This document shows positions 1 to 8,228 of a stretch of 64,000 bases of DNA, piece by piece. Source of the stretch: Spirochaetia bacterium (GTDB lineage Bacteria; Spirochaetota; Spirochaetia; CAKZLE01); assembly GCA_963677595.1 (NCBI GenBank), contig OY782041.1:2656001-2720000 (forward strand), read 5' to 3'. Under the pieces are notes generated by a model. It did not search any database, had not been told where the DNA came from, and worked only from the letters and a program-made list of their open reading frames with translations. The position numbers and the translations under genes were made by a program. The number at the start of each line of letters is the position of its first letter. Within the stretch, counting starts at the first letter, position 1.

Positions 1-104
1 ATTGTTAGATTTATTTGGAGTCATACTACAAATATAATACAAAAAATAAACTCATCGTGCAACGTATTCGTATGCTTTTTTCAGGAGGATTGAATGTATC
101 CCTT

Positions 105-143
105 TAAGGTTTGGAAAGAACGATAAACAGGTAGACAGACTAC
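105..143 (+). repeat. 39-bp direct repeat, copy 1 (downstream flank of AbiEi-like gene)
   Basis: TAAGGTTTGGAAAGAACGATAAACAGGTAGACAGACTAC; 35/39 identical to 1052-1090. Confidence 0.85.
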
Positions 144-144
144 C

Positions 145-978
145 TCATATACGCTCCTCCCATGAACGGTCCAGGATCTCGATCGGTACCATGAGATTCC
201 ATCGTTTGATGAACCTGCTCTTTTCCCTGGTCTTTCGATCCAGGTAATGGGGAGCTTTGGGTCTATGACGCTCGAATAGAGCCAGGGTTGCCTCATCAAC
301 CATGAACTGTTCGGAATGCTGTTCCAGGAAGAAGCCCGTTTTCGCATAGGTGGTCGCATTCCCCAGTTGAGAAACGTATGACCATACCAGTTCAAGATTG
401 AAGAACTCAATCGATTCAAGGGACCTCCATATCTCCTCCCAGGTCCCGGTCAAATCCGGTCTGTGAAGAGCATCCACGCAAGTCCGCTCGTATCCTGTGA
501 CCCTGATTTCCATCCCATGGTAGTCTATACTATCTATACCTAAAGATCGGTCAAATTGACTCAAAATCTGCGCAGGAAAGGATGTTCTTACAAAAGAGCA
601 GCCTTGGAACTGGAAAGGAGCAGCCTGTGCAGCAGACTCATAGGTGATACGTGAGTAGACACTGTATGCTTTGCCAAGGACTTCAAGGGCAGAGTGGTGT
701 GAGATTACTGCATCTGGAGTGATCCTGGCGGCGATATGAATCGGGTCCACTCTGAAGGTGTCTGCACAACTCTCCTCAGGGACTGCTGCATACAGGTTAC
801 GACGGATGGAGATGATCTTCCCTCCTTTCGTATAATACTGCAGGAGGGCTTTCCTTGTATGGGGATTACGTGAATGATGAGAATCAAGGAAGGTATGGAA
901 CTCAGGTAAGGAGAAGACGGGGTGGTTCCGGAAGAAGTGCGTACAGGTGTTTCTCTGTTTTTGACTATTTTCTATCAT
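145..978 (-). CDS. Type IV toxin-antitoxin AbiEi-family antitoxin / transcriptional regulator (orphan)
   Basis: N-terminal wHTH-like IISIRRNLYA, ISHHSALEVLG and VTGYERTCVD motifs typical of AbiEi; start set at ATG 978 (ORF extends to 1017). Confidence 0.8.
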   Translation of the reverse strand: MIENSQKQRNTCTHFFRNHPVFSLPEFHTFLDSHHSRNPHTRKALLQYYTKGGKIISIRRNLYAAVPEESCADTFRVDPIHIAARITPDAVISHHSALEVLGKAYSVYSRITYESAAQAAPFQFQGCSFVRTSFPAQILSQFDRSLGIDSIDYHGMEIRVTGYERTCVDALHRPDLTGTWEEIWRSLESIEFFNLELVWSYVSQLGNATTYAKTGFFLEQHSEQFMVDEATLALFERHRPKAPHYLDRKTREKSRFIKRWNLMVPIEILDRSWEERI

Positions 979-1000
979 AGTATTAATAATATTAATACTA
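978..1000. promoter_or_regulatory. 23-bp perfect inverted repeat overlapping promoter/start; probable autoregulatory operator
   Basis: TAGTATTAATA-A-TATTAATACTA; minus-strand TTGACA at 1012-1017. Confidence 0.6.
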
Positions 1001-1051
1001 ACACAATCATATGTCAAATACCATCACTGGGGAACTCCAAACAATCCCACG

Positions 1052-1090
1052 TAAGGTTTGGAAAGAACGATAACCAGGTAGCCGTACTAC
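1052..1090 (+). repeat. 39-bp direct repeat, copy 2 (upstream flank of AbiEi-like gene)
   Basis: TAAGGTTTGGAAAGAACGATAACCAGGTAGCCGTACTAC. Confidence 0.85.
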
Positions 1091-1644
1091 AAGTAAAGGC
1101 CAAAATATAAACTCATGGTAACGACTATGCTGTCGAGAGATACTCAGCAGCCATACGTGAGCGGGCAGAAGCTCTCGAAGTTCTTTGTATCTGTAAAGAA
1201 TACGTTTAGACCAAAAACGTGTTTGTGATAGATACGTTTTGCTGTTGTAGAATGTTCATGGAACGAACGGGTTCAATCCTGAAAAGTAGTCTTTGCTGAC
1301 ATCCAGCACTGTTGTGTATGTCTCACTGAATCCATATTCAAACAGTCCGGTCCCGGGTCCGTACGTCAATGCTCTGCTACGGGGAAAAGTAGTTATTCAC
1401 AACACAACAGTATGAGAGTATCACCCATAGCCCTTTTTTGATCTTTGCCTGCCACCAATCTTTTGCTGCAGCCGATGGTATAGTACTATTTCTATAAGGT
1501 ATTGATAGTATGCATCGCTGCCAAGGGAAGAAGAAGTGAGTTTTGACCTTATCACGATATACCTGCTCTCGGTCCTGGCACTGCTCGCCTGGAACGAGCT
1601 CTACTGCCGCATCCTGGTATGCAACATTCACAGGGAGCAGCAGA

Positions 1645-2343
1645 TCAGGCGAAGGGGGTCTTGGACTCCCGCCTCACCTGGATCTCGTCGATCGCGGCGT
1701 TGCCCCTCTGCCTGATGAGGAAGAGCACGATATCGGCGATCTCCTCCGGGGCGATGAGCTCATCCGTGTCGATGTCAGGCCGCATGCGGGTGACCATGTC
1801 AGTCGCGACCCCTCCCGGTGAGATCACATGGACCCTGATGCCGTCAGGCTGCAGCTCCTTCGCCAGTGACTTGCTGAAACCGAGCAGGGCATGCTTGGAG
1901 GCCGTATAGGCAGCCTGGCGCTCATAGCCCTTGGTCGCCACCACCGATGCGATGTTGATGATGAATCCCCGGTCCGGCTGCCGCAGGTAGGGTATCGCCT
2001 CCCTGCAGAGCAGGAAGGGCACCTTCGCGTTGAGGTGCATGACCCGGTCCCACTCCTTTGCGGTAGTCTCTTCCAGCGGCTTGGAGAGTGACCTGCCGGC
2101 ATTGTTGATGAGGATGTCGATCCCGCCCATGGCTTCGGCAGCCTCCCTGATCAGGATCTCCGGGTCGGCTGTCAGCAGGTCTTCTTGCCAGGGCAGGAGG
2201 TTCCCCGGGAACCCCTCGCCGGCCAGCACGGAGAGACCTGACAGGTCCCGCCCGACGGCGAAGACCGTATGTCCTTCCTGCAGCAGTGCCCTGGTGATGG
2301 CAAGCCCAATCCCTTTTGTCGCCCCGGTAACGAATGCTCTCAT
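1645..2343 (-). CDS. Short-chain dehydrogenase/reductase (SDR)
   Basis: TGATKGIG, NNAG and YTASK (YxxxK) motifs. Confidence 0.95.
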   Translation of the reverse strand: MRAFVTGATKGIGLAITRALLQEGHTVFAVGRDLSGLSVLAGEGFPGNLLPWQEDLLTADPEILIREAAEAMGGIDILINNAGRSLSKPLEETTAKEWDRVMHLNAKVPFLLCREAIPYLRQPDRGFIINIASVVATKGYERQAAYTASKHALLGFSKSLAKELQPDGIRVHVISPGGVATDMVTRMRPDIDTDELIAPEEIADIVLFLIRQRGNAAIDEIQVRRESKTPFA

Positions 2344-2469
2344 CTTCTTCTCCCCCTGTTCCTCTCAGTCTACCGTATTTCTCCTTCGCCTGGTAGTTCG
2401 TATATGAATTATTACCCAAACTGCCTGCATGATATAGCGAAGTGTCCGAAAACATGATACAAATTCCTT

Positions 2470-5262
2470 ATGTATACAGAACTGAACATCTCCTATATCA
2501 GGAACGAACTCGCACGGACACCGATCATCTACTCCCGGGGGGAGACCCTCTACCATCTCGGGGGTTATGCCCTGGTCGATTTCGACCCATCTACGCTGCG
2601 CTACCAGTACAGTTTCAACGGCACCTACGGTGAGTATGAGGTGGTCCTGCAGGCAGTCGAGATCAATGGGGAGGCGCACCTTGCATCCTCCTGCAGCTGT
2701 CCGTACCCCCACGGGGGCTGCAAGCATATCGTGGCAGCCCACCTGGATCTCTCCAGGCGGCTGCAGAACGCTGACTTCCCTGAGTACCAGGGAGTCGAGG
2801 AGCTCCTGGACCCGGAAGCAGAGACCGAACTGGGCAGTATCGGGGTGCTGACCCCGGAGGAGATCCGGGAGACGGCAGAAGCCTCCCGGTATGACCGAGC
2901 CGTACAGGAGACGCTCACGCTCATCCCGGGGGACCTCTTCAAGGGACAGCATACCGTCAGGAATGAGCAGTACCAGGAGTATACGGTGACCATCTATGAT
3001 GCGGACGAGGTCCATGGTCACTGCACCTGCCCCGATTTCGCCTCGAACAACCTGGGGCTGTGCAAGCACCTGGCCTTTGCCCATGCGGAGCTGAAGAAGA
3101 AGCGGGGGACGATCGGGAAGACCCGCAGGGATCCCTTCCCCTTCATCCACCTCACGTGGAACTCTCGTATCAGGAAGCCTGTATGCTTCTATGAGGTCAT
3201 CGAGGATGATGGGATCCGATCGCAGGTCGAAGGACTCTTCACCGCTCCCCTGAAGACCGGGGCAGACAGCGAGTATGAACAGAGACTCTGTATCTATACC
3301 AGGGAGAGTATCATGCCCCTGTACGAGCTCTTCACGAAGGCTTCCCTCAGCCCTGACGGGAGCCCGCTGGTCTTCGATGACCGCCTCATAGGTCAGATGA
3401 GCAGGATCTTCTCCCTTCAGGAACTCGAGCGTATAGCGCGAGACTACAGCTTCGACTACTCCTTCCTCAAGACCACACTCTATCCCTACCAGAAGGAGGG
3501 GGTCGAGTTCGCGGCTTTCCGGGACTCCTCCCTGATCGCCGATGAGATGGGGCTCGGGAAGACCCTGCAGGCGATCACGACGGCCGTCATCAAAAAGCAG
3601 GCCCTGGGGTTCACCAAGGTCCTGATCGTCTCCCCCGCATCCCTGAAGAGCCAGTGGGAGCACGAGATCGGGAGATTCACCGATGAGCAGGCCCTCGTCA
3701 TCTCGGGTCCAAGGGAGGAGCGCAAGCGGAAGTACCTTGAGGAACCTGCCTTCTTCAAGATCACCAACTACGAGGCAGTCCTGCGGGATATCTCGACCAT
3801 CGAGGAGTGGGACCCCGATTTCGTGATCCTCGATGAGGCCCAGCGCATCAAGAACTTCGAGACGAAGACCCACCGTGCCATCAACCGCATCCCAAGGAAG
3901 CACTCCCTCGTGATCACGGGTACCCCGCTGGAGAATCGGCTCGAGGACCTCTACAGCATCATGGAGTTCAGCAGCCCTGAGCTGCTGACACCTCTATGGG
4001 CATTCGCGGCGACCCATTACCGGATCAGCAGGACGAAGAAGAACAAAATCGTGGGGTACCGCAACCTCGATATCATCCACGATAAGCTCAAGCCCATCCT
4101 GATCAGGCGCACCAAGCGGGAAGTATTCGAATCGCTTCCCGAGATCACGGAGAACAACTTCTACCTGCCCCTCCACCCCAAGCAGGAGGAGATACACCAG
4201 GGGTGTATGTCGAGCCTGCGCAGGCTCGTGATGAAGAAGTTCCTCACCCCGATGGATGTGAGGATCCTGCAGAAGACCCTCCTGCGGGCCCGGATGGTCT
4301 GTGATTCCACCTTCCTCGTCGACAAGAAGACGAACTTCTCCCCGAAGCTCGCAGAACTTTCGAGCATCCTCTCAGAAGAGGTGGTCGGCAACGGCCGGAA
4401 GGCCGTCATCTTCACGGAATGGACGACGATGACCCACCTTGTCGGCAGGGTCCTGGAGGCGCAGGGGATCCGGTTCGTCGAGTTCAGCGGCAAGGTCCCC
4501 GTCGAGAAGCGGCAGAGGCTCATCGACGAGTTCATGGAGGATCCGGAGTGCCTGGTATTCCTCTCCACCGATGCGGGCGGGGTAGGGCTGAACCTGCAGA
4601 ACTGTGACCTCCTCATCAATGTCGAACTGCCCTGGAACCCTGCCAAGCTCAACCAGAGGATCGGCCGGATCCACCGGATCGGACAGACGAGCGAGAAGAT
4701 CAACGTCATCAACCTCTTGAGCCGCAACTCGATCGAGGAGCGGATCCTCGCATCCCTCTCGATGAAGCAGGACCTCTTCAACGCCGTCATCGACGGCACG
4801 GCTGATGCGGTAGACTTCAGCCGTGAGGAGCAGAACCGGTTCCTCGAGCAGGTACGTGCGATGTTCACTGATGATACTGAGATCGGTGTCCCGGAGGACC
4901 CGGAGGAGTTCCCGGAGGAGGAACTCTCCCCCGCCGAGACCATCGAGCAGGAGACGGAGGAGCTCCAGGTGGACCTGGAGGCTGAGGAATCGATCCCCCT
5001 GCAGGAGGAACCTGCAGCAGCCGCAGCCTCCGAAGGGGCAGCTTCCCATACAGAGAGCATCGGCTCCCCGGAGCCTGCTGCAGCTGAAGCACCCTCCATC
5101 GGCTACGATCAGCTGGAAGCGGTCCTGAACCAGGGACTCTCTTTCCTCAACACCCTGACTGCTGCGGCGACCGGTAAGGAGCTGTTCAGTGCCGATGATG
5201 ACAGAAAGCATGTTGAGATAGACCGGGAACACGGAGAGGTCGTGCTCCGATTCAAACTCTGA
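2470..5262 (+). CDS. SNF2-family helicase/ATPase with two SWIM zinc fingers
   Basis: SWIM CSCPYPHGGCKH and CTCPDFASNNLGLCKH; LIADEMGLGKT, DEAQ, TGTP, GGVGLNL, QRIGRIHRIGQ; acidic C-terminal linker. Confidence 0.95.
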   Translation: MYTELNISYIRNELARTPIIYSRGETLYHLGGYALVDFDPSTLRYQYSFNGTYGEYEVVLQAVEINGEAHLASSCSCPYPHGGCKHIVAAHLDLSRRLQNADFPEYQGVEELLDPEAETELGSIGVLTPEEIRETAEASRYDRAVQETLTLIPGDLFKGQHTVRNEQYQEYTVTIYDADEVHGHCTCPDFASNNLGLCKHLAFAHAELKKKRGTIGKTRRDPFPFIHLTWNSRIRKPVCFYEVIEDDGIRSQVEGLFTAPLKTGADSEYEQRLCIYTRESIMPLYELFTKASLSPDGSPLVFDDRLIGQMSRIFSLQELERIARDYSFDYSFLKTTLYPYQKEGVEFAAFRDSSLIADEMGLGKTLQAITTAVIKKQALGFTKVLIVSPASLKSQWEHEIGRFTDEQALVISGPREERKRKYLEEPAFFKITNYEAVLRDISTIEEWDPDFVILDEAQRIKNFETKTHRAINRIPRKHSLVITGTPLENRLEDLYSIMEFSSPELLTPLWAFAATHYRISRTKKNKIVGYRNLDIIHDKLKPILIRRTKREVFESLPEITENNFYLPLHPKQEEIHQGCMSSLRRLVMKKFLTPMDVRILQKTLLRARMVCDSTFLVDKKTNFSPKLAELSSILSEEVVGNGRKAVIFTEWTTMTHLVGRVLEAQGIRFVEFSGKVPVEKRQRLIDEFMEDPECLVFLSTDAGGVGLNLQNCDLLINVELPWNPAKLNQRIGRIHRIGQTSEKINVINLLSRNSIEERILASLSMKQDLFNAVIDGTADAVDFSREEQNRFLEQVRAMFTDDTEIGVPEDPEEFPEEELSPAETIEQETEELQVDLEAEESIPLQEEPAAAAASEGAASHTESIGSPEPAAAEAPSIGYDQLEAVLNQGLSFLNTLTAAATGKELFSADDDRKHVEIDREHGEVVLRFKL
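5154..5262 (+). repeat. 109-bp repeat A, copy 1 (3' end of SNF2 gene)
   Basis: 99/109 identical to 6316-6424. Confidence 0.95.
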
Positions 5263-5277
5263 AGATAAGGCGAGGAA

Positions 5278-6177
5278 GTGCATACGATGGATTACGTGAA
5301 CGAACAGGAACTGCTGGAAGATGATTATTTCAGGTTGACGTTCAAGGATGGGGAGTTCGAAGGGAGGACCTTCCTCGGGGCTGTATTCGTGAGCTGTTGG
5401 GATGTGACCTGCACCTGCGGGACCATCGGTATCAAGTATCATGAGGATGTCAGCCCGGATGCTGACGGCAGCATGGTGAGCGTGCAGCCTCTGTACCAGA
5501 TCGTGATCGATGCCAAAGAGAGGGAACTTGTCCTGCCGGCGCCCGAAGAACGTGAGAACGATCCTGAGCTCTTTCGGTTCGCGGAGGCTTGCCTCGCTGA
5601 TTTCACAGACCAGGATTGGAGCCTGTTCGCGTTCTATGAGAACCTGTTCAAGGTGTCTCTCATGGAATCTGCCACGGATCTCTCTACCTATGAGATCGAC
5701 TTCTCGGATCCCGATAGCATGGATGGGGAATTCATCAGCTATACAGAGATCTTCCCCTATGCTGAACGGATCTATGCGGATGTGGACGGAGAGAATTATT
5801 GGCTGGAGGATCGGTATCACCTCTACAACTCCCACCCCTACTGCTATATCGCGATGGTGGAAATGCCATTCCAGGAGGATAATGTTCCGATCCTGATGTT
5901 GTATAACTATAAGACTGGTGAATGGGGTGTTGCCAAAGAGGGGGATATAAAGCCTCCGACAGGGTTGGCCGCCGAGGCCATCTCCTACCTTGCTGCTGAG
6001 TATCCCGAATACCGCGATATGCTGAAGAAGCGGCACCGGACCCTGGAAAAGCTCTATGATGCCTACCAGAAGAGGACTGCCCGGACGGCAGCACCCCTTA
6101 AGCCAAAGACCCCAGGCCGCAACGATCCCTGCCCCTGCGGGAGCGGGAAGAAGTACAAACGATGCTGCGGCAGGTAA
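5278..6177 (+). CDS. SEC-C motif protein 1 (function unknown)
   Basis: C-terminal GRNDPCPCGSGKKYKRCCG; N-terminal CWDVTCTCG; start GTG 5278 or ATG 5287. Confidence 0.85.
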   Translation: MHTMDYVNEQELLEDDYFRLTFKDGEFEGRTFLGAVFVSCWDVTCTCGTIGIKYHEDVSPDADGSMVSVQPLYQIVIDAKERELVLPAPEERENDPELFRFAEACLADFTDQDWSLFAFYENLFKVSLMESATDLSTYEIDFSDPDSMDGEFISYTEIFPYAERIYADVDGENYWLEDRYHLYNSHPYCYIAMVEMPFQEDNVPILMLYNYKTGEWGVAKEGDIKPPTGLAAEAISYLAAEYPEYRDMLKKRHRTLEKLYDAYQKRTARTAAPLKPKTPGRNDPCPCGSGKKYKRCCGR

Positions 6178-6185
6178 GGTGTTAA
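6101..6185 (+). repeat. 85-bp repeat B, copy 1 (SEC-C tail plus 8 nt after the stop)
   Basis: 82/85 identical to 7287-7371. Confidence 0.95.
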
Positions 6186-6315
6186 TTTTCGACTATTCGC
6201 TGAATCGTGTGGGTAGGAGAATAAAAGGATAATAACACATTGAGGATTTCCCCAGCACTTGGTAAGCTTACTGTATAGATATACAGGAGGCTGAAGTATG
6301 GATAATTCTCAGTAT

Positions 6316-6424
6316 CCTGACTGCTGCAGCGACCGGCAAGGAACTGTTCAGTGCCGAAGATGACGGAAAGCATGTTGAGATAGACCGGGAACGCGGAGAG
6401 GTCGTGCTCCGGTTCAAATTGTAA
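6316..6424 (+). pseudogene. Orphan copy of the SNF2 helicase C-terminal ~35 codons (repeat A, copy 2)
   Basis: Reads LTAAATGKELFSAEDDGKHVEIDRERGEVVLRFKL* versus helicase LTAAATGKELFSADDDRKHVEIDREHGEVVLRFKL*; no in-frame ATG after the upstream stop at 6263-6265. Confidence 0.85.
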
Positions 6425-6451
6425 TGAACAGGAACGGAGGATAGAGCCCAG

Positions 6452-7363
6452 ATGGGGAGACCAGAACAACACGATATGCATGGGGAATTCCTGACGCAGA
6501 CCTTTGACCGGGGTGAATTCTCAGGTCGGGTCTTCAAGGCACGGGCATCCCTGGTCTGTGAGAGTCCAGTGTGCACCTGTGGAGAGCTAAAGCTCTCCTT
6601 CAGAGAGATCAGTGACAGTCCTTCAAGTGATCGGCACAATTTCGATATGGTCTTGAGTACGGTGAGCCGGAAGCTTGCACAGCCTCGGGGGCGTCAGAGA
6701 AAAGAGGACCCAGAGGGGTATCGGTTTGCCGTTGACTTCATCAATGACGTTGATGATACGCTTTGGATGCTGCTTGCTAGGCTCTACGATGCATTGATGA
6801 GGGAGCGTATGGGGGCGATCAAGGACCCCGGTTCGATTGAGATCGATTTCTTTATGCATAATGTCGCTGAGGGAGACCTGGTCGGCTATACGGAGGTGCT
6901 TCCCTATGCGGACCCGTTTGTCATTTCAGTTGACGACGCAGTTTATCTGGTAGAGGATACCTACTGCATCTCTCCTGTCTGCCACTGTACTGACCCCCTT
7001 CTCAGTTTCTTCCTGATCGCAGACAGTGATCGCGCTGACGTCCCCGTTGCGGTAATGCAGTATGACTATAAGACACGAACTTGGTCGAACTATTCTGATT
7101 CATCTGCGCCGCTTCCAGGGATTGCCAGCATATTCAAGTCGGCCTTTGCCCTTCAGTACCCTGCCTTTCGGGATGAACTGAAGGAGCGGCACAGGATCAT
7201 GAGAAGGCTGTATGCGGCATACCTGGACAGGTATGCCGCGGGGATACAGCCAGGCTTCGAGTCTGTGCAGGACAGCAGGGCACCTCAGCCAAAGACCCCA
7301 GGCCGCAACGATCCCTGCCCCTGCGGGAGCGGGAAGAAGTACAAACGGTGCTGCGGCAGGTGA
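6452..7363 (+). CDS. SEC-C motif protein 2 (divergent paralog of 5278-6177)
   Basis: Same SEC-C tail; CESPVCTCG and YCISPVCHC motifs; shared YTE(I/V)xPY and Y(N/D)YKT segments; GGAGG upstream. Confidence 0.85.
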   Translation: MGRPEQHDMHGEFLTQTFDRGEFSGRVFKARASLVCESPVCTCGELKLSFREISDSPSSDRHNFDMVLSTVSRKLAQPRGRQRKEDPEGYRFAVDFINDVDDTLWMLLARLYDALMRERMGAIKDPGSIEIDFFMHNVAEGDLVGYTEVLPYADPFVISVDDAVYLVEDTYCISPVCHCTDPLLSFFLIADSDRADVPVAVMQYDYKTRTWSNYSDSSAPLPGIASIFKSAFALQYPAFRDELKERHRIMRRLYAAYLDRYAAGIQPGFESVQDSRAPQPKTPGRNDPCPCGSGKKYKRCCGR

Positions 7364-7371
7364 GGTGCTAA
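7287..7371 (+). repeat. 85-bp repeat B, copy 2
   Basis: 82/85 identical to 6101-6185. Confidence 0.95.
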
Positions 7372-8171
7372 ACTGCCTTGCTCGCCTGGATGATCGCCGA
7401 GACGATGTACTCCTCTACATGGCGTCCGGGGGCCCAGTCCCTGAGGAACTCCCTGCTCGCATCCTTCGGCGTGATGGTTATCCCGGTGAAGCCTGCGGCG
7501 GTGAGGATCCCCTCGAGTTCCTCGATCGAGGATGCCCCCGACACACAGCTCGAGTAGAGCTTCATGTCCTCCCGCATCTCCTCCGGCAGCTCTGCGGTCG
7601 TCACGACATCGGAGATGGAGAGACGTCCACCTGCCTTCAGTACCCGGTATGCTTCATCGAAGACCCGCTGTTTCTCGGGCGAGAGGTTGATCACGCAGTT
7701 CGAGAGGATCACGTCGACCGAGTTGTCTGCCACCGGCAGCTTCTCGATCTCCCCGATGCGGAACTCCACATTGTCAAACCCGGCCTTCTCGGCATTATGG
7801 CGAGCCCTCCCCACCATGCCGGGGGTCATGTCGACCCCGATCACCTGTCCGGTCTCACCGACCGCGCGGGCTGCGAGGAAGCTGTCGATCCCGGCACCGC
7901 TGCCCAGGTCGAGGACGGTCTCCCCGGGTTCCAGGGAGGCGATGGCCACGGGATTCCCGCAGCCCAGCCCCAGGTTCGCCCCGTCGGGGATCAGCTCCAG
8001 GTCCGCTATGGTGTACCCTAGCATCGAAGAGAGCGTCTGTGGATCTGCCCCCGGGCTGCAGCAGCCTGAGTCTGATGAACAGCAGCATCCCGAAGAGATG
8101 ACCTTCCCGTAGTCCTTTCTGACAGAGTCCCTGATGGAATCAGGCCTGAGAGCCTGAGGGGCTTGTGCCAT
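7368..8171 (-). CDS. arsM: Arsenite S-adenosylmethionine methyltransferase
   Basis: GLGCGNP, LDLGSGAG and SNCVINL motifs; Cys-rich N-terminus GCCC...GCC. Confidence 0.9.
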   Translation of the reverse strand: MAQAPQALRPDSIRDSVRKDYGKVISSGCCCSSDSGCCSPGADPQTLSSMLGYTIADLELIPDGANLGLGCGNPVAIASLEPGETVLDLGSGAGIDSFLAARAVGETGQVIGVDMTPGMVGRARHNAEKAGFDNVEFRIGEIEKLPVADNSVDVILSNCVINLSPEKQRVFDEAYRVLKAGGRLSISDVVTTAELPEEMREDMKLYSSCVSGASSIEELEGILTAAGFTGITITPKDASREFLRDWAPGRHVEEYIVSAIIQASKAV

Positions 8172-8186
8172 ATTGTGCCTCCTTAC

Positions 8187-8206
8187 ATTTAGTCATTTAG
8201 CTAAAT
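8187..8206. promoter_or_regulatory. Inverted repeat upstream of arsM; putative ArsR/SmtB-type operator
   Basis: ATTTAG-TCATTTAG-CTAAAT just upstream of the AAGGAGG RBS. Confidence 0.5.
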
Positions 8207-8228
8207 ATAGCGATGGTAAGGGAGAGTG

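Noticed and set aside
1212-1241. Imperfect hairpin AAAACGTGTTT-GTGAT-AGATACGTTTT as an ncRNA
   Set aside because: A single AT-rich stem with G-U pairs; no recognisable RNA family, so insufficient support.
2365-6036. Long antisense ORFs (512, 312 and 554 aa) opposite the SNF2 helicase
   Set aside because: Shadow frames expected from high-GC3 codon bias; no motifs, and they overlap a clearly real gene. The same applies to 13319-14368, 35895-37040, 48684-49892 and 60482-61846.
6182-6639. Minus-strand ORFs of 99 and 123 aa in the cassette spacer
   Set aside because: Antisense translations of repeat A' and SECC2; their similarity to other shadow ORFs only reflects the DNA repeat.
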